64,000 nucleotides of DNA from Gammaproteobacteria bacterium (GCA_965222155.1 CBDCTH010000012.1:1344001-1408000); one strand, 5' to 3'; positions 41,401 to 50,956 are shown, counted from the first letter of the stretch. Notes: generated from the letters alone by a model not told the origin. A program made the numbers and translations.

Positions 41401-43026
41401 ATGAAACGCTTAAATATTGTTTATGCAGGTTTAATTTTCTGTTCGCCCTCCGTGTTTGCGGTCGTGGAGGAGCAAGTTCGTCGACCCGTGAATATTGCTG
41501 CCTTGGTAACCTTTGTAATGTTCATGATATTAACACTGGCGATTACTACCTGGGCTGCTCGTCGAACCCGTTCCCGCAAGGATTATTATGCTGCCGGCGG
41601 GAACATTAGCGGGTTGCAAAACGGTTTTGCCATTGCCGGCGACACAATGTCGGCAGCATCATTTCTGGGTCTGGTGGGTCTTGTCTATATGGTAGGCTTT
41701 GACGCACTTTATTTTATTGTCAGTCTGGTAGTCAGCTGGCTGGTTGTCCTGATTGTTATTGCGGAACGACTGAGGAACCTGGGCTCCTATACCTTCGCTG
41801 ATGCAATATCCTATCGGCTGTCCCGAAAACCTATTCGTATTTTATCCGCCACCTGTGCGCTGGCGATTATGATCCCTTATCTACTCGCACAGCTTGTTGC
41901 AGCGGGCACCCTGGTCGAAGGATTGTTTGGATTAAACTATACTCAGGGTGTGATTATTGTCGGCGTGTTGATGATAATCTATGTGACATTCGGTGGGATG
42001 ATGGCCACGACCTGGGTGCAGATTGTCAAGGCAGTACTGCTGGTCGGCGGAGGCACCATGCTGGCCCTTTGCGTTTTATATGTCTTCAGTTTTAATGCTG
42101 GAGATCTACTCAGTTCAGCTCTTGAGGCACATCCGTCGGGTAAAGATCTGATAGCGCCTGGCGGTTTGTATAGGGATATTATTTCCGCAGTGTCTCTGAG
42201 TTTAGCCTTCATCGGCGGTACTGCGGCCATGCCGCATGTGTTAATGCGCTTTTTTACAGTATCTGATGCGGTTCAGGCTCGTCGTTCTGCCGCCATCGCG
42301 GTCGGCCTGATTGCCTATTTTCAGATAATCGTACTTATCATTGGCTTCGGTGCGGTGGCGATGTTAATAAATAATGCCGATTATTCTACCGGTGGCACCG
42401 GTATTGTCGGCGGCAGTAATATGGTCGCGATCCACCTTGCGGAGTATCTTGGTGGTGACGTGTTTATGGGATTTATTTCCGCTGTCGCCTTTGCCACTAT
42501 TCTCGCAGTGGTATCCGGCATTACCCTGTCCGCCGGCGCCACCGTATCCCACGATCTGTTTTCCAATGTCATACGCCACCAAAAATGCAGTGAATCGGAA
42601 GAGTTATTCATATCAAGAATTACGGTAGTGGTATTAGGGATACTGGGTATGTCCCTCGCAATATTCTTTGAAGGTCAGAACGTGGCTATTCTCGCTACCT
42701 TTCCCCTGGCAATCGGCGCCAGCACGAACTTTCCTGTCCTGTTTTTATCCATGTACTGGGGCGGCTTGACAACCCGCGGAGCGCTCTATGGGGGTTACAC
42801 AGGTCTGTTACTGGCAGTGTTTCTTATTATTCTGGGGCCTAATATCTGGGTGGAAGTGATGGGTTTTGAAAAGGCCATTTTCCCTTACGCCTATCCGACG
42901 ATCATCTCCATGGGAGCCAGCTTTTTATTTTGCTGGTATTTTTCCGTGACGGACAAAAGTGAGCGGGCCCGGCAGGAACAGGAGGCGTTCCCCGCGCAAC
43001 TGTTACGTTCACAAACCGGGAAATAA
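41401..43026 (+). CDS. actP: Cation/acetate (monocarboxylate) symporter, SSS family
   Basis: QNGFAIAGDTMSAASFLG, MPHVLMRFFTV, AVAFATILAVVSG, C-terminal RSQTG. Confidence 0.85.
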   Translation: MKRLNIVYAGLIFCSPSVFAVVEEQVRRPVNIAALVTFVMFMILTLAITTWAARRTRSRKDYYAAGGNISGLQNGFAIAGDTMSAASFLGLVGLVYMVGFDALYFIVSLVVSWLVVLIVIAERLRNLGSYTFADAISYRLSRKPIRILSATCALAIMIPYLLAQLVAAGTLVEGLFGLNYTQGVIIVGVLMIIYVTFGGMMATTWVQIVKAVLLVGGGTMLALCVLYVFSFNAGDLLSSALEAHPSGKDLIAPGGLYRDIISAVSLSLAFIGGTAAMPHVLMRFFTVSDAVQARRSAAIAVGLIAYFQIIVLIIGFGAVAMLINNADYSTGGTGIVGGSNMVAIHLAEYLGGDVFMGFISAVAFATILAVVSGITLSAGATVSHDLFSNVIRHQKCSESEELFISRITVVVLGILGMSLAIFFEGQNVAILATFPLAIGASTNFPVLFLSMYWGGLTTRGALYGGYTGLLLAVFLIILGPNIWVEVMGFEKAIFPYAYPTIISMGASFLFCWYFSVTDKSERARQEQEAFPAQLLRSQTGK

Positions 43027-43091
43027 ACTCAAGCAGCACCTGATAAAACGGGATTATCGCGAATAATGATGATGCGCTAACGCGCTTGCCG

Positions 43092-43429
43092 CTACTGTTC
43101 TGGTTGCGACACATAAATCCATAGTTGTTCTATTTCTTCGGCGTCAAAAACAGCGCCAAGCGCCGGCATGAAGTCTTTGCCATTTGTGACGGACTCAATA
43201 AAACGTTGTTTTTGGTCTTTGGGAAACTTTTTCAGGCTGAAACTGGATGTGCCTGTGGTTTGCATATTCTTACCATGACAATTGGCACAACCCAGATCAT
43301 AAAGTTCTTTTCCACTTTCATAGTCTTCCTTATCCGGCGGACTTGCAGCAACTACCGGACTGAATATCAGTAACACGCCGACACCCAGGATCGAAAAAAA
43401 TAATGTTTAAGTGACGAACGGAGCGACAT
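43092..43429 (-). CDS. Class I cytochrome c; signal peptide out of frame by one base in an A7 run
   Basis: CANCHG haem motif and distal MP; adding one A at 43394-43400 restores MSLRSSLKHYFFSILGVGVLLIFSPVVA. Confidence 0.75.
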
Positions 43430-43452
43430 GGGTAATTTCATAATATTCGAGG

Positions 43453-43914
43453 TCACTCTACCAGGGCAAATGTAATGAGCGTGCCACCCCTGTACAATTT
43501 GTTGTTATATATAGCAGCGCCCCTGTTAGTCACGCCACAGCATGTGTAGCGCAGCGCCTCCTTGTCGTATTCAATAGTGTTTTTCCAAATTTCCCTGCCG
43601 CTGAGACCATCTACTGCCATTGTTGAATCATGGGTAACGAAGTAGACAACGGTTTTGTACACCAATGGAAAAGCCTGTTGACCGCGATCATCATCAAGAC
43701 TGTATATCCACTTTGGCGCCAGCCGGGAGATATTATCTTTATTGATACTTTTAAGGGGGCTGTGGCGTTGTTGGCTGTAGCCCATGCCATAAACCGTTAT
43801 ATTGGCAGTTTCCTGTTCGTCATTTAACAGATCAGTTTTCGTTGGCCCTTGGGCAAAGGAAGTGCTGAAAAGAAATATATTTATCAGAAAACTCGTGGTC
43901 AGGTATCCAACCAT
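43453..43914 (-). pseudogene. N-terminal fragment of a PQQ-dependent alcohol dehydrogenase
   Basis: YGMGYSQQRHSPLKSIN, PLVY, GREIWK, vicinal CCG..NRG; ends at about a quarter of normal length. Confidence 0.82.
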
Positions 43915-44173
43915 GATTGCGCCCCTGCGCTTGTCACCCCGCTCATTAGAGTCCCTCCACAGTATTCCCGACGTGAAATACCCGACTTGTTTCATTAGTT
44001 CATACATATAGTTGAATTATCCTCATGAACGAGCTGTTTGAATATCAGGCAACCCCGTATAAATATGCCTGATTGAACCAGTATGATAGCTTGCTTCAAT
44101 TAAAAAGGCGTTTATTCTTCCTATACTCGCTATTCTATGTCAAAGTAAAACCCTGGAAAACGCAAGGTAATTG

Positions 44174-44349
44174 CAGGTGCTCCCGCTAACTCGAAGTCAA
44201 TACAGTGATTCTTGCCGGATTCGAAGACAGAGGGGACAGATTTAAATCTGTCCCCCAGGAGTCACGGGCATTTTCCCCTGGGAGGGAGGGCGTCTCGCCC
44301 TCCACGAGGGCAGGACGCCCTCGATCCCGGGTGTTAGCGGGAACTGCTG
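44174..44349 (+). mobile_element. MITE family A, full copy with 9-bp TSD
   Basis: Ends CAGGTGCTCCCGCTAAC / GTTAGCGGGAACTGCTG; AGGTAATTG duplicated at 44165-44173 and 44350-44358. Confidence 0.9.
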
Positions 44350-44362
44350 AGGTAATTGCTTT

Positions 44363-45259
44363 ATGAGCGCCTCCGCCGAGATTCATGACTTTACAGAAAA
44401 GGTCGAACCGGAACAACTCGCTGACAAGATAAAAGAGTTCGCTTTGGGCGCCGGCGCGGACGTGGTGGGCATTGCACCCGTTGAACGCTGGGACAAAGAC
44501 GTACCCGAAGGACACAAGCCGGTTGACGTGCTGCCCGGGGCGCGCAGTGTCATCGTTGTGGGCGCCCGTGGACCTACTGCCGGCGCCTGGCAATCACCCA
44601 ATCACCGTCTTATGGAAGTGAATGGCTATGATTTTCGCAATGATCGGGTAGTTCACATGTTGGCAGATAATATCGAAGCAAAACTGGACCACTATGCTAT
44701 CCAGGCGCCGGCTTTATCCGTCAGCGGTCATAACCCGGTCATCAGCATCATGCATGCCGCGGTGCTGGCCGGACTGGGGACCCGCTCGCTGGCGGCGAAT
44801 ATCATTCTTAACCCCAGGTACGGCCTGCTGTACTACTCCGCCTGTATCACCACCCTGGAATTACCGGGCGATGCCATGCTGGAACAGAACGTCTGCCCCC
44901 ATCCCATGTGTGTCGCAACTTACCGGAAAATCGGCAAGACCCCATGTATCGCCTCCTGCCCGTCTGATGACGGCGGCTGTCTGGATGGTGAGATTGACGA
45001 GGAAGGTGAAATATCCTACTCCTGGTACGACCGGGAACGTTGTACTACGAGGGCGATGAATTTCGGCATTAACAGTTTTCAGAAGGCAATGGCGGAAATC
45101 GTCACGGAAGATGACCCGGAGACGCAGACAAACATGATCAATTCCGATTTTTTTAATCGTTCCTGCTCTGCCGTCAGCTTTTTCAAGGAAAGCGTCGCGC
45201 AATGTTTCGAGTGTATGCGTGTCTGCCCGATAACGCGCCCGGAGAGAAAACTGAAATGA
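44363..45259 (+). CDS. QueG/reductive-dehalogenase-like Fe-S protein, paralogue 1
   Basis: GADVVGIA, P.DVLPGARSVIV, HAAVLAGLG, NPRYG, C-x4-C-x11-C-x3-CP and CFECMRVCP. Confidence 0.75.
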   Translation: MSASAEIHDFTEKVEPEQLADKIKEFALGAGADVVGIAPVERWDKDVPEGHKPVDVLPGARSVIVVGARGPTAGAWQSPNHRLMEVNGYDFRNDRVVHMLADNIEAKLDHYAIQAPALSVSGHNPVISIMHAAVLAGLGTRSLAANIILNPRYGLLYYSACITTLELPGDAMLEQNVCPHPMCVATYRKIGKTPCIASCPSDDGGCLDGEIDEEGEISYSWYDRERCTTRAMNFGINSFQKAMAEIVTEDDPETQTNMINSDFFNRSCSAVSFFKESVAQCFECMRVCPITRPERKLK

Positions 45260-46125
45260 GTGCGGCTGCAGGCGAACTCGATTTCAGCGTATGCAGGAAA
45301 GAACTGGATGCGCTGTCCCGTAAAGGCGGTGCGGTGATTACCGGCGTTGCCGCTGCGACTGCGTTTACAGACGTGCCTGAGGGGCAGCGCCCAACGGATT
45401 TATTACCGAAAGCCAGGAGCGTTTACGTGGTCGGCGGCGCCCAGCCCCGGGCCGGTGATTGGCAAAGCCCCATCTACCAGCACATGGAAACCACGTCGTT
45501 CGGAGACCGCATGCATAACCTGGCCCAACGGCTTTCCCGGTATATAGAAGATGAGTACGGCTATTACGCAATTTGCGTCCCGCCCGGTACCGACAGCGGC
45601 AACCGCCCCTTTGTGAGCTTCGCCAAAGCGGCTGAACTGGCGGGCTGCGGCACGCCCAGTCTGGCCGGACCGGTATTGAATCCTGAGTATGGTTTCATGT
45701 ATTACTCCATAATTATCAGCACATTACCTTTAATATCGGATAATCCACTTGAGGAACCTGTCTGTCCGGCGCCGGAATGCAAGGATATGTGGGATGAAAA
45801 AGGAACCACACCCTGTATGGCGACCTGTCCCATAGATGAGGGAGGGTGCCTGGGCGGGCGGCTGGAAGACGGTCGCATCGCGGAACGGCGTTATGACGTC
45901 GCCCGCTGCAGTTCACGGGTGGAAACCAGTTGGGTGCCGGGGTTTCAGAAAGTGCTGGATGCTACACTTAAGGAAAAAGACAAGGAGCAACAGAAATTGA
46001 TGCTTTACTCCTCATTATTTACCCGGACTCTCTGGTCGATGACTTACGCCAATGTGAGTCAGGGGCAGTGTTTTGAATGCATGCGCGTTTGCCCGGTAGG
46101 CAGCAAATACCGGCTTAAACAATAA
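45256..46125 (+). CDS. QueG/reductive-dehalogenase-like Fe-S protein, paralogue 2
   Basis: P.DLLPKARSV, KAAELAGCG, NPEYG, same Cys pattern; ATGA overlap with paralogue 1. Confidence 0.75.
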   Translation: MSAAAGELDFSVCRKELDALSRKGGAVITGVAAATAFTDVPEGQRPTDLLPKARSVYVVGGAQPRAGDWQSPIYQHMETTSFGDRMHNLAQRLSRYIEDEYGYYAICVPPGTDSGNRPFVSFAKAAELAGCGTPSLAGPVLNPEYGFMYYSIIISTLPLISDNPLEEPVCPAPECKDMWDEKGTTPCMATCPIDEGGCLGGRLEDGRIAERRYDVARCSSRVETSWVPGFQKVLDATLKEKDKEQQKLMLYSSLFTRTLWSMTYANVSQGQCFECMRVCPVGSKYRLKQ

Positions 46126-46146
46126 CCATCGATACGGGAGACGGCC

Positions 46147-46461
46147 ATGGGGTTTTATTTTGTTGACCCGGAGACATATAAAAAATACAAGGATGAGGTA
46201 CTGTCCTATTCCCAGTCGGTGCAGGTGAATACCCAGGAGTTCCTGCCCGAGGATAAGCGCAAAAGACCGTTATCGGATAAGGAAATCGCAGTAAAGATGG
46301 GGTTGGACGAACGGGTGGTGCGGGAAATACGCGTTGTGGCGGAACGGGATGAATACCCTATCGATGAATGGGAGAAGGCACTGGAATTCAAGGACAAGGC
46401 CTGCCGCGAATACGCCAGGGCCGGCCTGTCTTCGGTCACAAAAAAATATCTGAAGAAATAA
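46147..46461 (+). CDS. Small hypothetical protein with HTH-like segment
   Basis: LSDKEIAVKMGLDERVVREIR; good RBS; 21 nt after paralogue 2. Confidence 0.6.
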   Translation: MGFYFVDPETYKKYKDEVLSYSQSVQVNTQEFLPEDKRKRPLSDKEIAVKMGLDERVVREIRVVAERDEYPIDEWEKALEFKDKACREYARAGLSSVTKKYLKK

Positions 46462-46517
46462 TGCGGTAAAATACCTGCGGGATACCTGAATCCCGTCAAA
46501 ACCAAGCGGGGGTAACC

Positions 46518-46907
46518 ATGCAACAAGAAGACAAACTGAAAAATCTGACTATCGCGCTCTATGCCATCGGGGTAATTTACCTGGTCGGGGTCCCTATCCT
46601 GATGATGGGGTTTGACGCGTCAGGCTGGACCTGGCTGCCCAGACAACCAGAATACGAACAGATGATCATGGGTGTGTACGCCACACTGGGCGTTTTCCTC
46701 ATTATGGCGGCGAAAAATCCCCTGGAGCATGCCAGCCTGATTTGGTTCACCGTCTGGTCGAACATTGTGCATGGGGGAATCATGATGGTTCAGGCCATCG
46801 TTGATGAGACCGAGCGGGCCAATCTTGCCGGTGACGTACCGGCATTGTTTCTCGTTGCGTTGATCCTCTGGTACCTGATGCCGCGCCAGGCAAGCAAGCA
46901 GGAATAA
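46518..46907 (+). CDS. Four-TM membrane protein (DUF6632-like)
   Basis: YEQMIMGVYATLGVFL, SLIWFTVWS..VHG. Confidence 0.6.
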   Translation: MQQEDKLKNLTIALYAIGVIYLVGVPILMMGFDASGWTWLPRQPEYEQMIMGVYATLGVFLIMAAKNPLEHASLIWFTVWSNIVHGGIMMVQAIVDETERANLAGDVPALFLVALILWYLMPRQASKQE

Positions 46908-47008
46908 CAGACCCGACCTGATTCCTGTTGTTCCGCTAGTTGCCTGGAATCAGGTGATTAGTATAGCGCGCTTGATTATTAATAATCAGTCAGCAGGAGT
47001 AGTTAATC

Positions 47009-48250
47009 ATGACGGCTAAACTCACATTCTGGGTAATGATGATTATTGCCCAGACAGGCGCTTTCTTCCTCTTTAAGGACTTGGCGGATATCAGTCAGTG
47101 GGTCGTGCAGTCCACGCGCCAGTTCACGATGCGTGTCTGGTACAACCGGTACGTGATCACCGGGATATCGTTGGGAGCATTACTGATCGCAGTCATCATC
47201 TGGACTATCGAACCGGATATATGCCCCGGCGCATTATTGGCATTCCTGATTTTTGTATGTATCTTTAACGCTTACTCGGGCCTGATTAATCCGAAATGGA
47301 TGTTCAGGTCGCAACAGCACGAAGCCAGGTTCGTTTCCGTAGAGCAAGCGCCGGATTATATGCAACGCAGTTTGCACCTTGCACATTTCGGCCCGGATTC
47401 CTATGACTCTGTCGATGATATCAATGTCCTGGTGCTGGAAACCGATAACGGCGCCTATGCTTATTCAGATTATTACCTGCTGCAACCCCACGTGGTAAAA
47501 GGCGATACCATAGGCGGTGAAGACGTCATCATGACTTATTGCGGCCTCACGAACCTGGGCATTGCCTACAGTCCGAAAATAAATCAGCGGGAGCTGGACC
47601 TGACCGTGATGACCCAGTTGAAAAACAACCTGGTACTGTTTGATAAAAACAGCGGTGAGCCAATCCAGCAGCTATGGGGCAGCATGGAGCGGGATGAAAA
47701 CAAACATAAAATGACGGAATGGCCGACCATACGCATGCCGTTCAGCTCATTTAAAAAGCTTTACCCGGACGGCAAAGTCTTCATTAATGAAATTCCCCGT
47801 TTCAGCGAGAACCCGGTCATTTCATTGTGGGACAGGCTGGTTCGGCACGTAATGATGCTCTGGGGGGTTGGTCTGAATTGGGTGAAAAATGATAAGCCGG
47901 CCTTTCCCACCGTCGATTTCAAGGATAAACGCCTGCCGATGAAGGAACTGGTTTACACCATCAGCGTTGAGGACGATCATGTTGCCTATTCAAAAGATTT
48001 TATCATTGAAAAGGGCAACATTATCAACGTGGTAATAGGGGGCAAGAAAATAATTGTCAACTATAACCGGGAATATGATGTGGTTACGGCTTATTATAAT
48101 CCGGCAGGACATACAGTCAGCAGTATTGATGTCTTTGGCAACACAGGTGGCGGGAACAAGCTGGAAAGGGTGAATACATTAAAGAGTCGCATAATCTGGT
48201 TTATCTTCGTCGAGTTCTTCCCGAATACAGACGTCAACCGCATTATGTGA
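47009..48250 (+). CDS. Membrane-anchored DUF3179-like protein
   Basis: N-terminal TM helices; HVVKGDTIGG, MTYCGLTN, NNLVLFDK...QQLWG, FFPNT. Confidence 0.6.
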   Translation: MTAKLTFWVMMIIAQTGAFFLFKDLADISQWVVQSTRQFTMRVWYNRYVITGISLGALLIAVIIWTIEPDICPGALLAFLIFVCIFNAYSGLINPKWMFRSQQHEARFVSVEQAPDYMQRSLHLAHFGPDSYDSVDDINVLVLETDNGAYAYSDYYLLQPHVVKGDTIGGEDVIMTYCGLTNLGIAYSPKINQRELDLTVMTQLKNNLVLFDKNSGEPIQQLWGSMERDENKHKMTEWPTIRMPFSSFKKLYPDGKVFINEIPRFSENPVISLWDRLVRHVMMLWGVGLNWVKNDKPAFPTVDFKDKRLPMKELVYTISVEDDHVAYSKDFIIEKGNIINVVIGGKKIIVNYNREYDVVTAYYNPAGHTVSSIDVFGNTGGGNKLERVNTLKSRIIWFIFVEFFPNTDVNRIM

Positions 48251-49782
48251 AAACTTTAGTAGACGTTCTTCTGAATAACGCCGGGACACGCAGCGATGCG
48301 ACCGCTGTTATCGATAGCGAGATCAGTCTTACCTGGAGTGAATTTGTACGGCGGATTTCAAAGCTGGGGAGAGTTTTAAACCGGTCAGGGATCAATCGGG
48401 GTGGCAGATTCGGGATCCTCGCCTTGAATTCCTGGCGCCAGGCTGAGGTTATCCATGCAGGACAGTGGATCGGCGCAACACCGGTTCCGATTAATTTCCG
48501 TCTTGCTCCGGTTGAGATTCGTACCATCATCGACGCTGCAGATTGTAAGCTGGTTATCGTAGACGAGATGTTCAGCCGGTTACTTGAGGAACCTGTATTA
48601 GCCGATTGGAAAAGCAGGCATATTTTAATCTGCGCAGATAAAAACGGCTGTTATGAACGTGACGTCAGTTCCGCTGAGCCGATGGAACCGGTAACAGGTT
48701 CGGCAGACACGGAAGCACTGCTACTTTTTACCGGCGGCACTTCGGGCCGTGCAAAAGGGGTACTGTTAACCCATGGCAATATCATTGCCAATGCAAGACA
48801 AATCGGCAGCAGGTGGTCAGCGCAGCCAAATGATGTCGTTTTGCATGTTCCACCCATGTTCCATTCAGCGGAACTGGTAAAGACTGTTTACTTTATGCAG
48901 GGCGCAGCCAATGTCTATCTGCCCAAATTCGACCCGGATACACTGCTAAGCACGATTGAGCAATTTCGTGTGACCTTCGCTTTATTAGTGCCGACCATGT
49001 TGATGGTAACCTTACAGTCGGGGAAAGCAGCGCACTATGATGTCAGTTCACTGAAACAGATCATCTATGGAGCCTCGCCCATGTCGGCAGACTGGATTAA
49101 ATCGGTATTCAAGGCATTTCCGAACGTGGAAATAGCGCAAGGTTACGGTCTTACTGAAACGGCACCGCTGTTGACCATGCTGGACCACCAGTCCCATATA
49201 GACGCCCTGGCGGCAGGAAATCCAACCCGACTGTCCTCATGTGGCCGTAAACTGGAGGGCGTGGAATTGAAAATAATGGATAACGATGGAGGAGAGTGTG
49301 CAGCGGGACAGGTGGGCGAAATTTACACTCGTGGCGACAACGTGTTCAGGGGTTATCTCAACCAGGAAGAACTCACAAAAGAGGTCCTGATGGATGGATG
49401 GTTCCGTACCGGCGACCTGGGTTACCTGGATAAAGAGGGCTATCTATACCTCAAGGACAGGAAACAGGACCTGATTGTCACAGGCGGTGAAAACGTCTAC
49501 TCCAGCGAAGTGGAGGCCGTATTGAACCAGCACCCCGGTGTACTGGAAGTTGCCGTTATCGGGGTTTCCGATGAAATCTACGGAGAAAAAGTGATCGCCG
49601 TTGTAACGACCCTGTCCGAACCGGTCTTGACCCAGGCTGATCTTATGGATTTTTGCCGTGGCAAGATCGGTGGTTATAAAATCCCAAAAGAAATTCACAT
49701 TGTTGAAAGCTTTCCCAAGAGTGCGTTGGGCAAAATCCTGAAAACTGAACTAAGGAGAAAATATTCGAAGAACAACAGTTGA
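48247..49782 (+). CDS. Long-chain fatty-acid--CoA ligase-like AMP-binding enzyme
   Basis: FTGGTSGRAKG, GYGLTE, FRTGD, GKILK. Confidence 0.9.
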   Translation: MKTLVDVLLNNAGTRSDATAVIDSEISLTWSEFVRRISKLGRVLNRSGINRGGRFGILALNSWRQAEVIHAGQWIGATPVPINFRLAPVEIRTIIDAADCKLVIVDEMFSRLLEEPVLADWKSRHILICADKNGCYERDVSSAEPMEPVTGSADTEALLLFTGGTSGRAKGVLLTHGNIIANARQIGSRWSAQPNDVVLHVPPMFHSAELVKTVYFMQGAANVYLPKFDPDTLLSTIEQFRVTFALLVPTMLMVTLQSGKAAHYDVSSLKQIIYGASPMSADWIKSVFKAFPNVEIAQGYGLTETAPLLTMLDHQSHIDALAAGNPTRLSSCGRKLEGVELKIMDNDGGECAAGQVGEIYTRGDNVFRGYLNQEELTKEVLMDGWFRTGDLGYLDKEGYLYLKDRKQDLIVTGGENVYSSEVEAVLNQHPGVLEVAVIGVSDEIYGEKVIAVVTTLSEPVLTQADLMDFCRGKIGGYKIPKEIHIVESFPKSALGKILKTELRRKYSKNNS

Positions 49783-49837
49783 AATTTTCATCACATAAGA
49801 TATAAAGCCGATATCGAAAAGTTTCGAGGTGAACAAG

Positions 49838-50200
49838 ATGAATAATCAGCATATCCATGTTGGTGTAGAAGATACCAATCGAGGTTTTGAGAGGTTTGTA
49901 GAAACGTGGGTACGCGCTGAAAAGGGTCAAATCACGGAAACGGAAGTTCATTTGAATTTTCAAGATTTGCGCATGCTGCTATCCATACTGACACCTCGCC
50001 GGCTTGAAGTACTGCAAACCTTGCGACAACAAAGTCTGTCCAGTGTGAGGGCCTTATCCAAAAACTTGAAAAGGGACTACAAAAATGTTCATGCCGATGT
50101 CCAGGCACTTGAAGGCGTTGGTTTATTGGAGAGAACGGAGGAAGGAGCTTTGCAGGTGCCCTGGGATATTATCGATGCTCATCTAAGATTAGTTGCGTAA
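49838..50200 (+). CDS. Winged-HTH putative antitoxin/regulator (HVO_A0114-like)
   Basis: LTPRRLEVL, SVRALSKNLKRDYKNVHADVQALE. Confidence 0.7.
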   Translation: MNNQHIHVGVEDTNRGFERFVETWVRAEKGQITETEVHLNFQDLRMLLSILTPRRLEVLQTLRQQSLSSVRALSKNLKRDYKNVHADVQALEGVGLLERTEEGALQVPWDIIDAHLRLVA

Positions 50201-50226
50201 ATATTTTTCAGATTGCTTTTGAACTG

Positions 50227-50261
50227 AAGGATGAAAGGATATATTATTTCCTTACATCCTT
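50227..50261. promoter_or_regulatory. Operator palindrome of the AbrB-PIN TA pair
   Basis: AAGGATGAAAGGA-9 nt-TCCTTACATCCTT (one mismatch). Confidence 0.6.
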
Positions 50262-50275
50262 ACTGGAAAACTACC

Positions 50276-50500
50276 ATGCTAGCCAAATTGACGTCCAAAA
50301 ACCAGTTAACTCTACCGAAAAAGGTGATGGTCGGTTTAGAGGACGCTGAGTATTTCGAGGTAACAAAAGAAAACGACCGCATCGTGCTGACGCCCATGCG
50401 TCTTGCCCGCGCGGGTGCTGTACGCGCTAAACTGGCTGAGATGGGTTTGTCCGAAGCTGACATTGCTGAGGCAATAGTCTGGGCGCGTCGCACTGAATGA
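50276..50500 (+). CDS. AbrB/MazE-family antitoxin
   Basis: MLAKLTSKNQLTLPK, RIVLTP. Confidence 0.85.
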   Translation: MLAKLTSKNQLTLPKKVMVGLEDAEYFEVTKENDRIVLTPMRLARAGAVRAKLAEMGLSEADIAEAIVWARRTE

Positions 50501-50946
50501 GTTCTCCGCGAGTTGTCCTCGACACCAATGTGCTGCTCTCGGCCCTGCTGTTCCACGCGGGGGCGCTCTTCTGGCTGCGCAATGCCTGGCAAACGGATGA
50601 CATTCATCCATTATCAAGCCGCGAGACTATGGCTGAGTTAATCCGGGTTTTGTCCTATCCTAAGTTCGATCTGACCGGTGCAGAGCAAGAAGATTTGCTG
50701 ACTGATTATCTGCCTTGGTGCGAGACTGTTGTTGTGTCAAAGCCACCTGCTATACCCCGGTGCCGGGATCCCTATGATCGTCCCTTCCTCGAACTGGCGC
50801 TTGTAGCACACGCTGATGCCTTAATAACCGGCGACAACGATATTCTTGATTTGGCACAAGTCTTTCCGGTCCCGATTCTCACCCCCCGCGCGTTCCGTGA
50901 TACCTGCCTCTTGCCGGACGACCGGGTAAAAAGAAAGAGTATTTAA
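50497..50946 (+). CDS. PIN-domain putative toxin
   Basis: RVVLDTNVLLSAL, CRDPYDRPFLELA, ITGDNDIL; ATGA overlap. Confidence 0.88.
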   Translation: MSSPRVVLDTNVLLSALLFHAGALFWLRNAWQTDDIHPLSSRETMAELIRVLSYPKFDLTGAEQEDLLTDYLPWCETVVVSKPPAIPRCRDPYDRPFLELALVAHADALITGDNDILDLAQVFPVPILTPRAFRDTCLLPDDRVKRKSI

Positions 50947-50956
50947 AAATCAATGG

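Noticed and set aside
44186-44593. Short ORFs sharing PALVEGETPS/GTDLNLSP peptides (also 19278-19493, 52236-52571)
   Set aside because: Translations of the MITE family A repeat, not a protein family.
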